A stretch of 19,530 bases of DNA from an uncultured archaeon (GCA_964565725.1 CAZMGA010000008.1:8541-28070); one strand, 5' to 3'; positions 8,148-15,259 are shown, counted from the stretch's first letter. The notes: generated by a model not told the origin, from the sequence alone. A program made the numbers and translations.

Positions 8148-8270
8148 CCCGACTTTGCATAGCGGCTAATGCGTCCGGCTGTAGTTTGTTTGTGCTTCTC
8201 TGGTTTTTTTAAAAAACCAAAGAGTTAAGCAGATACCGGAAGACCCCCGGTTCAAATCCGGGAGTCGGGA
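8148..8270 (+). tRNA. tRNA-Tyr(GUA): tRNA-Tyr (anticodon GUA) with ~50-nt intron at canonical 37/38 position
   Basis: Exons fold by hand as CCCGACT TT GCAT AGCGGCTA ATGC G TCCGG CTGTAG[intron]A CCGGA AGACC CCCGG TTCAAAT CCGGG AGTCGGG A, 73 nt spliced. The C1-G72 pair and 5-nt variable loop are archaeal/eukaryal tRNA-Tyr features. It is followed directly by TTTTT (8271-8275). Confidence 0.88.
8185..8234 (+). other. tRNA intron (bulge-helix-bulge type)
   Basis: C32-U35 (CTGT) can pair with intron GCAG (8229-8232) to form the 4-bp central helix. This leaves AG|T (5' splice site) and AT|A (3' splice site) as 3-nt bulges. The intron interior has a stem CTCTGGTTTTT/AAAAACCAAAGAG. Boundaries are inferred from the cloverleaf and could be off by 1-2 nt. 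Confidence 0.7.
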
Positions 8271-8461
8271 TTTTTAATAATTAATTTAATACTAATACTT
8301 AATTTACTTTTTAAGGTACTAATTATAAATATTTCTAAATAAGATAAATTTCTAGTTAAAGAGGTAAGAAATATAAATACAAACTTATTGTAAATGCCCC
8401 TAAACAAGGTCATATTGAATAATGTTTTACAAAAAAAAGATATAATTATTAAAAAAAATTA

Positions 8462-8506
8462 GTTTCGGCTTTGAACCCTACATTTAACGTAGGGCGCTAG
8501 GTTTTT
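8462..8506. ncRNA. GC-rich hairpin island: candidate small structured RNA or terminator element
   Basis: GTTTCGGCTTTGAACCCTACATTTAACGTAGGGCGCTAGGTTTTT. About half the bases are G+C, in an intergenic gap that is otherwise almost pure A/T. It has a perfect 6-bp GC-rich stem CCCTAC/GTAGGG (8476-8481 / 8489-8494) with a 7-nt loop. T5 lies 7 nt downstream on the + strand. No convincing CDS covers 8271-8538. Confidence 0.3.
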
Positions 8507-8538
8507 AAATAGTTTGAAATCAATATTTTAATAAAATA

Positions 8539-8844
8539 CTAATTTTCTTCTTCAATATAGTATCCTAATAAAGGTATTTCTTTCAATGTTCCTTTTACTC
8601 TTACAGATTTTCCTTCTTCAGGTAAATTTGCAGAATATATTGCTATACTGTCTGTTTTATCTTTAATAGTATATCCAGATAAACTACCTATCTTAATTGT
8701 GCCTTCTACAGTACCATAAACACTAACTTGTTTTCCAACATATTCATCTGATTTTATATCTTTTATAGCTTTTGTAGTTACACAACCACTAATTAATACA
8801 ATACCCATCATAAATATTGCTAATATTATACCAAAATATTTCAT
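8539..8844 (-). CDS. Lipoprotein-type signal + OB-fold (tRNA_anti-like) domain protein (101 aa)
   Basis: Track ORF. AGGTGAT SD (complement of 8850-8856) lies 5 nt upstream. The N-terminus MKYFGIILAIFMMGIVLISGC carries a lipobox-like I-S-G-C. The rest, YVGKQVSVYGTVEG...GYTIKDKTDSIAIYSANLPEEGKSVRVKGTLKE, has the typical OB-fold strand pattern. Confidence 0.6.
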   Translation of the reverse strand: MKYFGIILAIFMMGIVLISGCVTTKAIKDIKSDEYVGKQVSVYGTVEGTIKIGSLSGYTIKDKTDSIAIYSANLPEEGKSVRVKGTLKEIPLLGYYIEEEN

Positions 8845-8896
8845 AATTTATCACCTAAAATATAATAAAATATAAATTTATAAATATATATTTTGA

Positions 8897-9721
8897 TTAT
8901 TTCTTTTTTCTTTTCATCATTTCTGCAATTCTTGCTTTGGCTTTTTTTGCTTTATTACTTAAATTTATTTTAACTATTTTCATTTTTAATTTTCTAGGCA
9001 AATCTTCAACTCTGTAAATTTTATTTAACTCAATATGATTTTGACTTTTTTTGTAATACTCAATTAATATTTCTCCAGCCTTTTCTTTTAATTTATTATT
9101 TACTCTAGAATTATAAACTACACCTTTTAAAAATTCAGGTTCTAATTTACCTAAATAAAATAAATCAAGTAATTTTTCAGCAATAGTATTTTTATCTTTA
9201 AAAGATACATTATCATTAGTAATTAAATCATATAATTCTTTAGGATCTTTTCTAACAAAAGCTCTAATCATAGCAGAAGGTAATTCTTTTAAAAGTAAAT
9301 CATAAACCTCATTTAATAAATTAACTTCGTGAGAACTTAAACCACTATATCTTGGATAAGTTCTTAATTGTCTAGCTAATTTTACTAATTCTAAATAAGT
9401 AAAAGAATATAATTTTTCTTTTATGTTTTTCAAGTTTTTAACTAATTCTGATTCTTCTGTTTGTTGTTCTTTAACTTCTTCTTTAAGTTGTTTTCTATTT
9501 TTAAGTTCTAAATCATAAGCATCATTATAAGTAGATCTGGTATTAGGATTTCCTAATATTTCATAAGCTTCATTTAGATCTTTCATTTTTTCTTCAAAAT
9601 GTTTATTTCCTGGATTTCTATCAGGATGATATACTTTAGCTAAAAACCTATATGCTTTTTTTATTTCATGTGGAATTGCATTTCTATCAACATTTAAAAT
9701 TGCATAATAATCTTTTAACAT
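8897..9721 (-). CDS. J-domain (DnaJ N-terminal domain) protein with non-canonical helical C-terminal region and Lys-rich tail (274 aa)
   Basis: [37 protein letters not shown]...[21 protein letters not shown] is a textbook J domain including the HPD tripeptide. There is no G/F region and no CxxCxGxG zinc finger. The C-terminus ends [18 protein letters not shown]. No SD; a TATA-like tract lies ~25-35 nt upstream. Confidence 0.85.
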   Translation of the reverse strand: MLKDYYAILNVDRNAIPHEIKKAYRFLAKVYHPDRNPGNKHFEEKMKDLNEAYEILGNPNTRSTYNDAYDLELKNRKQLKEEVKEQQTEESELVKNLKNIKEKLYSFTYLELVKLARQLRTYPRYSGLSSHEVNLLNEVYDLLLKELPSAMIRAFVRKDPKELYDLITNDNVSFKDKNTIAEKLLDLFYLGKLEPEFLKGVVYNSRVNNKLKEKAGEILIEYYKKSQNHIELNKIYRVEDLPRKLKMKIVKINLSNKAKKAKARIAEMMKRKKK

Positions 9722-9768
9722 AATATAATTTAAAAGGAAGTAATTTAAAAATAGATCTTATAATAAAT

Positions 9769-9776
9769 AAAAAAAA
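9769..9776 (-). terminator. Oligo-T (T8) archaeal-type terminator after the cold-shock gene
   Basis: A8 on the + strand is T8 on the minus strand, 13 nt downstream of the csp stop codon. A TATA-like tract for the next gene follows. Confidence 0.45.
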
Positions 9777-9788
9777 GAATAAATAAAT

Positions 9789-9995
9789 TTATTCTTCTTT
9801 TGAAATTAATTTTAATTTAACAGCTACAGGTCCTTTTTCACTATCTTGGATTTCAAAAACTACCTTGTCGCCTTCTTTAATAAAATTTCCTGGTTCAATT
9901 CCTGTTTTATGGATAAAATAATCTTTACCATCTTCTCCAGCTACAAAACCAAATCTTTTTTTTATATTATAAAATTTTATTGTTCCGTTTATCAT
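9789..9995 (-). CDS. csp: Cold-shock domain protein (CspA family)
   Basis: MINGTIKFYNIKKRFGFVAGEDGKDYFIHKTGI... has an RNP1-like RFGFVA motif and an RNP2-like DYFIH motif. I prefer ATG 9995-9993 over the track start at 10010. The tract CTATATAAAA sits only ~8 nt upstream of the 10010 ATG. GGAGAGGA lies ~6 nt upstream of the 9995 ATG. Confidence 0.85.
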   Translation of the reverse strand: MINGTIKFYNIKKRFGFVAGEDGKDYFIHKTGIEPGNFIKEGDKVVFEIQDSEKGPVAVKLKLISKEE

Positions 9996-10078
9996 TTTTT
10001 TCCTCTCCATTTTATATAGTTACCTTTTTTGAGGTATATTATAATATATTAGTAAAATATATAAACATTAATTTATAA

Positions 10079-10522
10079 CTAATATTTTTTTGAATTATAA
10101 TTTATTTTTTCTTTAACACCTTTTAATTTATCTTTGATGTTATTTAATCCTTTATTTTCTTTTAATCTATTAGCTTTTTCTTCTGCAGCTTTATTTAATT
10201 TATTTATAAATTTAATAGCAATAAATACTGCTAAAGCTATTATTAAAAAATCAATTATTGTACTTATAAATGCTCCATATTTTATTATTGGGGCACCGGC
10301 AGCAACTGCTTCAGACATTGTGTTATAAGTAGTATTACTTAAATTAATATATAATTGTGTAAAATCAGCATTACCTAATAATAAACCTATTGGAGGCATA
10401 ATAATATCATTAACAAATGAGCTTACAATTTTATTAAAAGCTGTTCCAATAATTATACCTACTGCTAAGTCAATTACATTACCTTTCATGGCAAAATCTT
10501 TAAATTCTTTCATAAAACCCAT
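10079..10522 (-). CDS. mscL: Large-conductance mechanosensitive channel MscL
   Basis: [40 protein letters not shown] is the conserved MscL TM1/periplasmic-loop signature. A second TM and a charged C-terminal helix follow. SD GAGGTGA lies 6 nt upstream. Confidence 0.92.
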   Translation of the reverse strand: MGFMKEFKDFAMKGNVIDLAVGIIIGTAFNKIVSSFVNDIIMPPIGLLLGNADFTQLYINLSNTTYNTMSEAVAAGAPIIKYGAFISTIIDFLIIALAVFIAIKFINKLNKAAEEKANRLKENKGLNNIKDKLKGVKEKINYNSKKY

Positions 10523-10528
10523 ACAATT

Positions 10529-10535
10529 TCACCTC
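10529..10535 (-). promoter_or_regulatory. SD for mscL overlapping the helicase stop codon (ATGAGGTGA)
   Basis: The minus strand reads AAA ATG AGG TGA. The TGA stop of the DEAD-box gene is part of the GAGGTGA SD, which lies 6 nt upstream of the mscL ATG (10522). Confidence 0.6.
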
Positions 10536-11875
10536 ATTTTCTTTGTAAATCTACCTTGAAATTTAGCATTTTTATTTCTAACTCTTGCTTTATTTGATAT
10601 CAATTTCTTATTTTTTGTAGCAAATTTACTTTCTTTTTGATCTTTTTTAAATTTGTTATTAAATCCCTTAAATCCTTTTTTAAAATTAGATTTAAAACTA
10701 TTATAACTATCATCAACATATTCCTCTTTTGAACCTTGATATGTTTTTGAATAATCTCTCTTTTCTTTAAATTTTTTATGTATATATTCTTTACCATCTA
10801 TTTTTATTTCTTTTAATTTTCTCATATTCCTATTCTTTTTTTCTATAAAATCATTATCAGTTATAAAAGAATAAGCTGTACCTATTTTGCCCATTCTTCC
10901 AGTTCTTCCAATTCTATGTAAATAAGTATCATAATCTTTTGGGCTATCATAACTCACTACATATGCAATATCATCAACTTGTATTCCTCTTGAAACTACA
11001 TCTGTCGCAATTAATACATTTATTTTATTTAATTTAAATTGATTTAAAGCAACTTCTCTAAATTTTTGAGTTTTATCTCCATGAATTGATGCCACTTTAT
11101 AACCTATATCATCTAATTTTTTAAACAAAGCTTCGGCTGTTTTTTTAGTAGCTACAAAAACTAAAACTCTTTTTTCATCTGATTTTTTTATAATATCTAA
11201 TAATTTAGAATACTTTTCAGATTTTTTTAATTCTATTTTTTTTTCTAAAATATTTTTTCCTAAAATTTCTGTTTTAACTATAACTTCTTCATAAGTTTTA
11301 ACATGATTTTTAATTAATGCAATTAATTTTGAATCCATAGTTGCAGAAAATAAATGCATATTTTTAGGTTTAATTAAATTTAAAATTTGTTTTACTTCTC
11401 CTAAAAAACCCATATCTAATAATCTATCAGCTTCATCTAAAACAACAGTATCAAAATTATATTTTAAATTTCTATTCATAATATGATCTATTAAACGACC
11501 AGGTGTAGCTACTAAAATATCTACTCCTTTTTTTAAAATTTTTACTTCTGTAACAATACCATGCCCACCATAAACAACTTCAACAGTAATATCGATATTT
11601 TTTGTAACACTTCTTATTTCTTTTGAAACCTGTACTGCTAATTCTCTTGTAGGACATATAACTATTGTCCTTTGTTTATTATCAATATAATTTTGGATCA
11701 TAGGTATTCCAAAAGCCAAAGTTTTTCCTGAACCAGTATAACTTTTTGCAACTACATTTTTATTAGATAAAATCAAAGGTATTATCTTTTCTTGAATCTC
11801 TGTAGTATTAATATATTTTAATTTATCTAATGAATTTTTAATTCTATTATCTATTTTTAATTCTTTAAATTCCAT
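10529..11875 (-). CDS. DEAD-box ATP-dependent RNA helicase with basic C-terminal tail
   Basis: Motifs are in order: F...T.IQ (Q motif region), AKSYTGSGKTLAF (I), PTRELA (Ia), TPGR (Ib), VLDEADRLLDMGF (II), SAT (III), ATDVVSRGIQV (V), HRIGRTGR (VI). I prefer ATG 11875-11873 (MEFKELKI...), 2 nt after the stop of the upstream 89-aa gene. The track start at 11917 is TTG-extended and would overlap that gene. Confidence 0.93.
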   Translation of the reverse strand: MEFKELKIDNRIKNSLDKLKYINTTEIQEKIIPLILSNKNVVAKSYTGSGKTLAFGIPMIQNYIDNKQRTIVICPTRELAVQVSKEIRSVTKNIDITVEVVYGGHGIVTEVKILKKGVDILVATPGRLIDHIMNRNLKYNFDTVVLDEADRLLDMGFLGEVKQILNLIKPKNMHLFSATMDSKLIALIKNHVKTYEEVIVKTEILGKNILEKKIELKKSEKYSKLLDIIKKSDEKRVLVFVATKKTAEALFKKLDDIGYKVASIHGDKTQKFREVALNQFKLNKINVLIATDVVSRGIQVDDIAYVVSYDSPKDYDTYLHRIGRTGRMGKIGTAYSFITDNDFIEKKNRNMRKLKEIKIDGKEYIHKKFKEKRDYSKTYQGSKEEYVDDSYNSFKSNFKKGFKGFNNKFKKDQKESKFATKNKKLISNKARVRNKNAKFQGRFTKKMR

Positions 11876-11877
11876 TT

Positions 11878-12147
11878 TTATATCCCCGTATATTTTGAAT
11901 ATATAATTATGGACCAACCTATTATATATAAAAGATTGTAAATAATATTAATTAATAAAGCTATAAATAAAAAAATTAAAAGAACTAATCTTACTCTATT
12001 TTTATTATTTTTATATACCTTATATTCTAAATAAAACATTAAAGAACAAAGAATTAAACCTAAAAAAGGAATATTAAAACCTACAAATAATAGGGATAAA
12101 TACCCTAAAATAGTAAAAACTAAATCTTTTAAATAGTGAAAAACCAT
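11878..12147 (-). CDS. Small integral membrane protein (89 aa, ~3 TM), unknown function
   Basis: Track ORF. It has three hydrophobic segments separated by YLEYKVYKNNKNRVR. Its stop lies 2 nt from the helicase ATG, suggesting co-transcription. The ORF could be spurious in such an AT-rich genome, but the tight packing favours a real gene. Confidence 0.45.
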   Translation of the reverse strand: MVFHYLKDLVFTILGYLSLLFVGFNIPFLGLILCSLMFYLEYKVYKNNKNRVRLVLLIFLFIALLINIIYNLLYIIGWSIIIYSKYTGI

Positions 12148-12212
12148 AAAACCACATTCAAGTAATATAAATATATAGCCTATTTATAAACTTTTTGGTG
12201 CGAATTTATTTT

Positions 12213-13007
12213 ATGAGTAAAAAAATAATACTTGAATTTATGCTTTTAATTATGTTGTGCATTCCATTTGGATTTGCAAGTTTATCTTGTAATGAAAGTA
12301 TTAATGAAACTAATAATATTATTTATTGTAATATAAATACAAATAATACAGAAATACTAAATCCAATTATAACTAGTGATAATGCAATTTATTTTGATTT
12401 AGATTTTGAAAAAAAAGAAATGTATCCTAACAATAAATATTCATTCAAAATTATAGTAGATGTTTATAACTCTAAAGAAGGAAAACACAATTTAAAAATT
12501 GTTCAAGGAAAAACAACATATAGTTTAGATATAAATATAATTAGATTAAAATCAGATGTAGATTATAGTTATAATTTGAATTATAATAAAGATAATATTT
12601 TAATAAATTTAAATTTACAAAATAAAACAAATAAAAACAAAGTATTAATATTAAGAAATACTGTTTTGCCTTATACTTTTAAAACAGATGTTAAAGAAGA
12701 AAGAATAGTATTAGAACCTTTAGAAAGTAAGAATATTCCAATAAATATAAATTATTCAATTCCTGAAAAATTAATTGAATATACTGTATTTTATGGTTCA
12801 GATTCTTATAAAATAAAAATTAATTTAGATACAAATAATATGATTACAAAAGAATTAGAAAACAAACCAATAGGTTTTTTCACTTTGAGTAATTTAGAAA
12901 ATCAAAACACAATATTAATTATAACAGACATAATGTTAGCAATATTTTCAGTTTTATTGTTCACTATGTTTGTTAGTAGATTAGGTAAATATATAGTAAG
13001 AAAATAA
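12213..13007 (+). CDS. Surface protein: signal peptide + two beta-sandwich modules + C-terminal TM anchor (264 aa)
   Basis: I prefer ATG 12213 (MSKKIILEFMLLIMLCIPFGFA|SLSC) over the TTG at 12195. TATTTATAAA (12181-12190) lies ~25 nt upstream, which fits a leaderless start. Internal strand patterns include YSFKIIVDVYNSKEGKHNLKIV and IVLEPLESKNIPININY. The C-terminus is ILIITDIMLAIFSVLLFTMFVSRLGKYIVRK, a TM helix plus a basic tail. Confidence 0.6.
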   Translation: MSKKIILEFMLLIMLCIPFGFASLSCNESINETNNIIYCNINTNNTEILNPIITSDNAIYFDLDFEKKEMYPNNKYSFKIIVDVYNSKEGKHNLKIVQGKTTYSLDINIIRLKSDVDYSYNLNYNKDNILINLNLQNKTNKNKVLILRNTVLPYTFKTDVKEERIVLEPLESKNIPININYSIPEKLIEYTVFYGSDSYKIKINLDTNNMITKELENKPIGFFTLSNLENQNTILIITDIMLAIFSVLLFTMFVSRLGKYIVRK

Positions 13008-13008
13008 T

Positions 13009-13013
13009 GGAGG
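13009..13013 (+). promoter_or_regulatory. Shine-Dalgarno site (GGAGG) for the 715-aa surface protein
   Basis: GGAGG lies 7 nt upstream of ATG 13021 but only 1 nt upstream of ATG 13015. The second ATG is therefore the better start. Confidence 0.6.
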
Positions 13014-13020
13014 AATGAAT

Positions 13021-15162
13021 ATGAATAAAACTATATTTAGTTTATTGAGTATCATTTTATTATTGAATATGACTTATGCAATAACAATATATGATCCTTG
13101 TTTAATTTTAGGTAATTGTTATACTACTAATAATGATTTGCCAGAAATTAATGTAAATTTAGAAAAAAGTGTTTTTTACATAGAAGCTGGTGAAGACTTT
13201 GATGTAGAATTTGAAATAATTAATACAGGTGATAAAGAAGGATTAGTATTAATTCAATTACAACCTGATGAAGATGAAGATGATGAAATATATGGTAAAA
13301 AAACATCTAAAGAAATAACTATTCAACCAAATGACACTATTACTTTAAACTATGGTGTAGAAGTAACTAGTAAAGCATATGATGATGAATATAAAATTCC
13401 TTTTAAAATAATTACATACTATTATGATGATGAAGAATACAAAATACTTGATGAAATTACTAAAAAAATAACTATTCATGTAGATGATTTTGAAGATAGT
13501 ATTGATGTATCATTAGAAGAAAATAGATTTTGTGTAAATAATGAAGCTCCATTTAATACCTATTTAATATTCGAAAATGAAGAAAACAATACATTTTATA
13601 TTGACCCAGACGTAGATTCCTCTGAATTATGGGTAAAAGTAAAATCAGACATTATAGAAATTCAAGATGATGATGAAGTTAAAGTTCCTTTAATAATTAC
13701 AAAAGCTATGAAAGAAGGAGAATATGAACTTACAATAGACACTGATGTATATAAAGATGAAATCTATGGCGAAGATAAAATAACTTTTAAAAAGAAATTT
13801 AAAGTTTATTTTGAAGATTGTGATGAAACAAATACAAATTTATATTTAAAACAAACTTCAGCAACAATAAACAAAGGAAATAAACTAACAATTAATTTCA
13901 ACATTTACAATTACTTTGATGAAGACATTGTTGCAAATTTATATGCTAAAAGCACTAAAGGAGTTAATGTGAATTTTAGTCAAAAGAACTTTTTAATAAA
14001 TGATAATCGTTCAGTTTCAGGAACAATTACATTAGATGTGAGTGAAGTTGCAAATACTGGTTTAAATCTTATAGAAATTTATATGGATACTCCTTATGCC
14101 TCAACATCTAAAACATTTAATTTAACAGTATTAGGTAGTGATTTAGAAATTAATGCAGACACTACAGAAATACCTTTAGGAATATTAGGTTTTCAAAATA
14201 TTACTATAACTAATAATTCTAATGAAGAAAAAACTATTTACATTTATCCAGTATCAAATAATAGTGATATTATTTCAGTTACTAACACAACAAATACAAT
14301 AGATGCTGGAGAATCAAAAACTATTAAAATTAAAATAATTCCTAAAGAATTGGGTAATAAAACATATAAATTAATTTTATCAGGAGACGTAAGTAAAGAA
14401 CAAATAATAAATTATAGTTCAAATACTTCTGAATCTAATACTGATATTGTAAAAAGTTATAATACAAAATTAAACCCTTTAGTTAATGAATGGAATACTT
14501 TAAAAGTAGATTTTGTTAACCCATATAATGTGGATTTAACAGTTAGCTTTTTGGTTTCTGGACTAGGTATAGAATCAAAAACATCTAAATTTGTTTTAAG
14601 TGCAAATCAAACAAGAACTATAGCTGTAGAATATAAAGCAACAGAAAACACAAATAATGCTTATTTAACAATAACTACAGATTTAGGTACTAAAAATTAT
14701 CCTATGTCTATAAACTTAAAATATGATGAAAGTAATCCAAATAATTTAGTTATTAGAGATTTGCCTACAGAAATACCTTTTAACAATGGTAATAAAGTAT
14801 CAAAAACATTTATAGTTTACAATCCTAATAATTTTTCAGTAAATGGAAAAATAGCCTTGTATACTAGCGATAATTTAAATATTGGAGAAAAGGCATTTAC
14901 TATTCCTGCAAATAGTGAAAAAGAAATTATTGTAGATTATACAATTAATAGTGCTATTAATTTAACAGGTACTTTAAACCTATATACAAATAATATTTTA
15001 GAAACTTATGAAGTGGCATATGTTCAATCACTTATGTTTTCACAAGTAGGTTTATTTGGTTTAGGTTTTGGTAACACTATGGGTATAATCTTTGGTGTTT
15101 TAATAGCAATAGGTATAGTAATTTACTTGTTTGCTAGTAAAAAGGTAGTTTTAAGGAAATAA
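13021..15162 (+). CDS. Large multi-domain surface protein (candidate S-layer/adhesin): signal peptide, ~6-7 Ig/CARDB-like modules, C-terminal TM anchor
   Basis: Track ORF (13015 start; I prefer 13021, see SD). Signal peptide: MNKTIFSLLSIILLLNMTYA|ITIYDPC. It has acidic runs (PDEDEDDEIYG, YYYDDEEY). Repeated ~100-aa modules carry strand patterns: DFDVEFEIINTGDKEGLVLIQL, KLTINFNIYNYFDEDIVANLYA, FQNITITNNSNEEKTIYIYP, LKVDFVNPYNVDLTVSFLV, SKTFIVYNPNNFSVNGKIAL. The C-terminus is GLFGLGFGNTMGIIFGVLIAIGIVIYLFASKKVVLRK. Confidence 0.65.
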   Translation: MNKTIFSLLSIILLLNMTYAITIYDPCLILGNCYTTNNDLPEINVNLEKSVFYIEAGEDFDVEFEIINTGDKEGLVLIQLQPDEDEDDEIYGKKTSKEITIQPNDTITLNYGVEVTSKAYDDEYKIPFKIITYYYDDEEYKILDEITKKITIHVDDFEDSIDVSLEENRFCVNNEAPFNTYLIFENEENNTFYIDPDVDSSELWVKVKSDIIEIQDDDEVKVPLIITKAMKEGEYELTIDTDVYKDEIYGEDKITFKKKFKVYFEDCDETNTNLYLKQTSATINKGNKLTINFNIYNYFDEDIVANLYAKSTKGVNVNFSQKNFLINDNRSVSGTITLDVSEVANTGLNLIEIYMDTPYASTSKTFNLTVLGSDLEINADTTEIPLGILGFQNITITNNSNEEKTIYIYPVSNNSDIISVTNTTNTIDAGESKTIKIKIIPKELGNKTYKLILSGDVSKEQIINYSSNTSESNTDIVKSYNTKLNPLVNEWNTLKVDFVNPYNVDLTVSFLVSGLGIESKTSKFVLSANQTRTIAVEYKATENTNNAYLTITTDLGTKNYPMSINLKYDESNPNNLVIRDLPTEIPFNNGNKVSKTFIVYNPNNFSVNGKIALYTSDNLNIGEKAFTIPANSEKEIIVDYTINSAINLTGTLNLYTNNILETYEVAYVQSLMFSQVGLFGLGFGNTMGIIFGVLIAIGIVIYLFASKKVVLRK

Positions 15163-15184
15163 TATTTCCTTTTTTTCTTTTTTT
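15154..15184 (+). terminator. Hairpin + double T7 run terminator after the surface-protein pair
   Basis: The inverted repeat AGGAAATA-A-TATTTCCT (15154-15170) spans the TAA stop. It is followed by T7-C-T7 (15170-15184). Confidence 0.5.
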
Positions 15185-15259
15185 ATATATATACTTTTTA
15201 AATATTTAGTTTTATATTTTAATATCTTATTTTAATTTTAATGAATTAAATAATATAAT

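Noticed and set aside
8394-8462. 22-codon ORF (MPLNKVILNNVLQKKDIIIKKN) and a ~53-codon antisense ORF running into the tRNA-Tyr gene, both within the 8271-8538 gap
   Set aside because: Neither has a properly spaced SD or TATA. The sequences are low-complexity, and one overlaps a tRNA antisense. I treat them as noise.
8476-8494. Hairpin with a 7-nt loop ATTTAAC that could be read as an anticodon loop (TTA on + strand, a UAA-reading suppressor; TAA/Leu on the minus strand), or a split-tRNA half
   Set aside because: The stem is 6 bp, not 5. The flanks on either strand provide no D arm, T arm (only 2 bp flank TTCAAAG) or acceptor stem. All ORFs terminate normally at TAA/TAG/TGA, so nothing suggests stop-codon reassignment. 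I kept it only as a generic structured-RNA candidate.
10134-10328. Track ORF of 64 aa on the plus strand
   Set aside because: It lies antisense inside mscL, whose identity is unambiguous.
10600-10797. Track ORF of 65 aa on the minus strand, alternative frame
   Set aside because: It is out of frame inside the Lys-rich tail of the DEAD-box helicase. Its Lys/Ile/Asn-rich product is explained by the AAA/AAT-rich DNA.
14980-15162. Calling the C-terminus of the large surface protein a PGF-CTERM archaeosortase signal
   Set aside because: The motif is L-G-F/G-N-T (and P-I-G-F-F, some distance from the TM, in the neighbour), not the canonical P-G-F directly preceding the helix. No archaeosortase gene is in the window. 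I kept it only as a hypothesis to test, not as an annotation.
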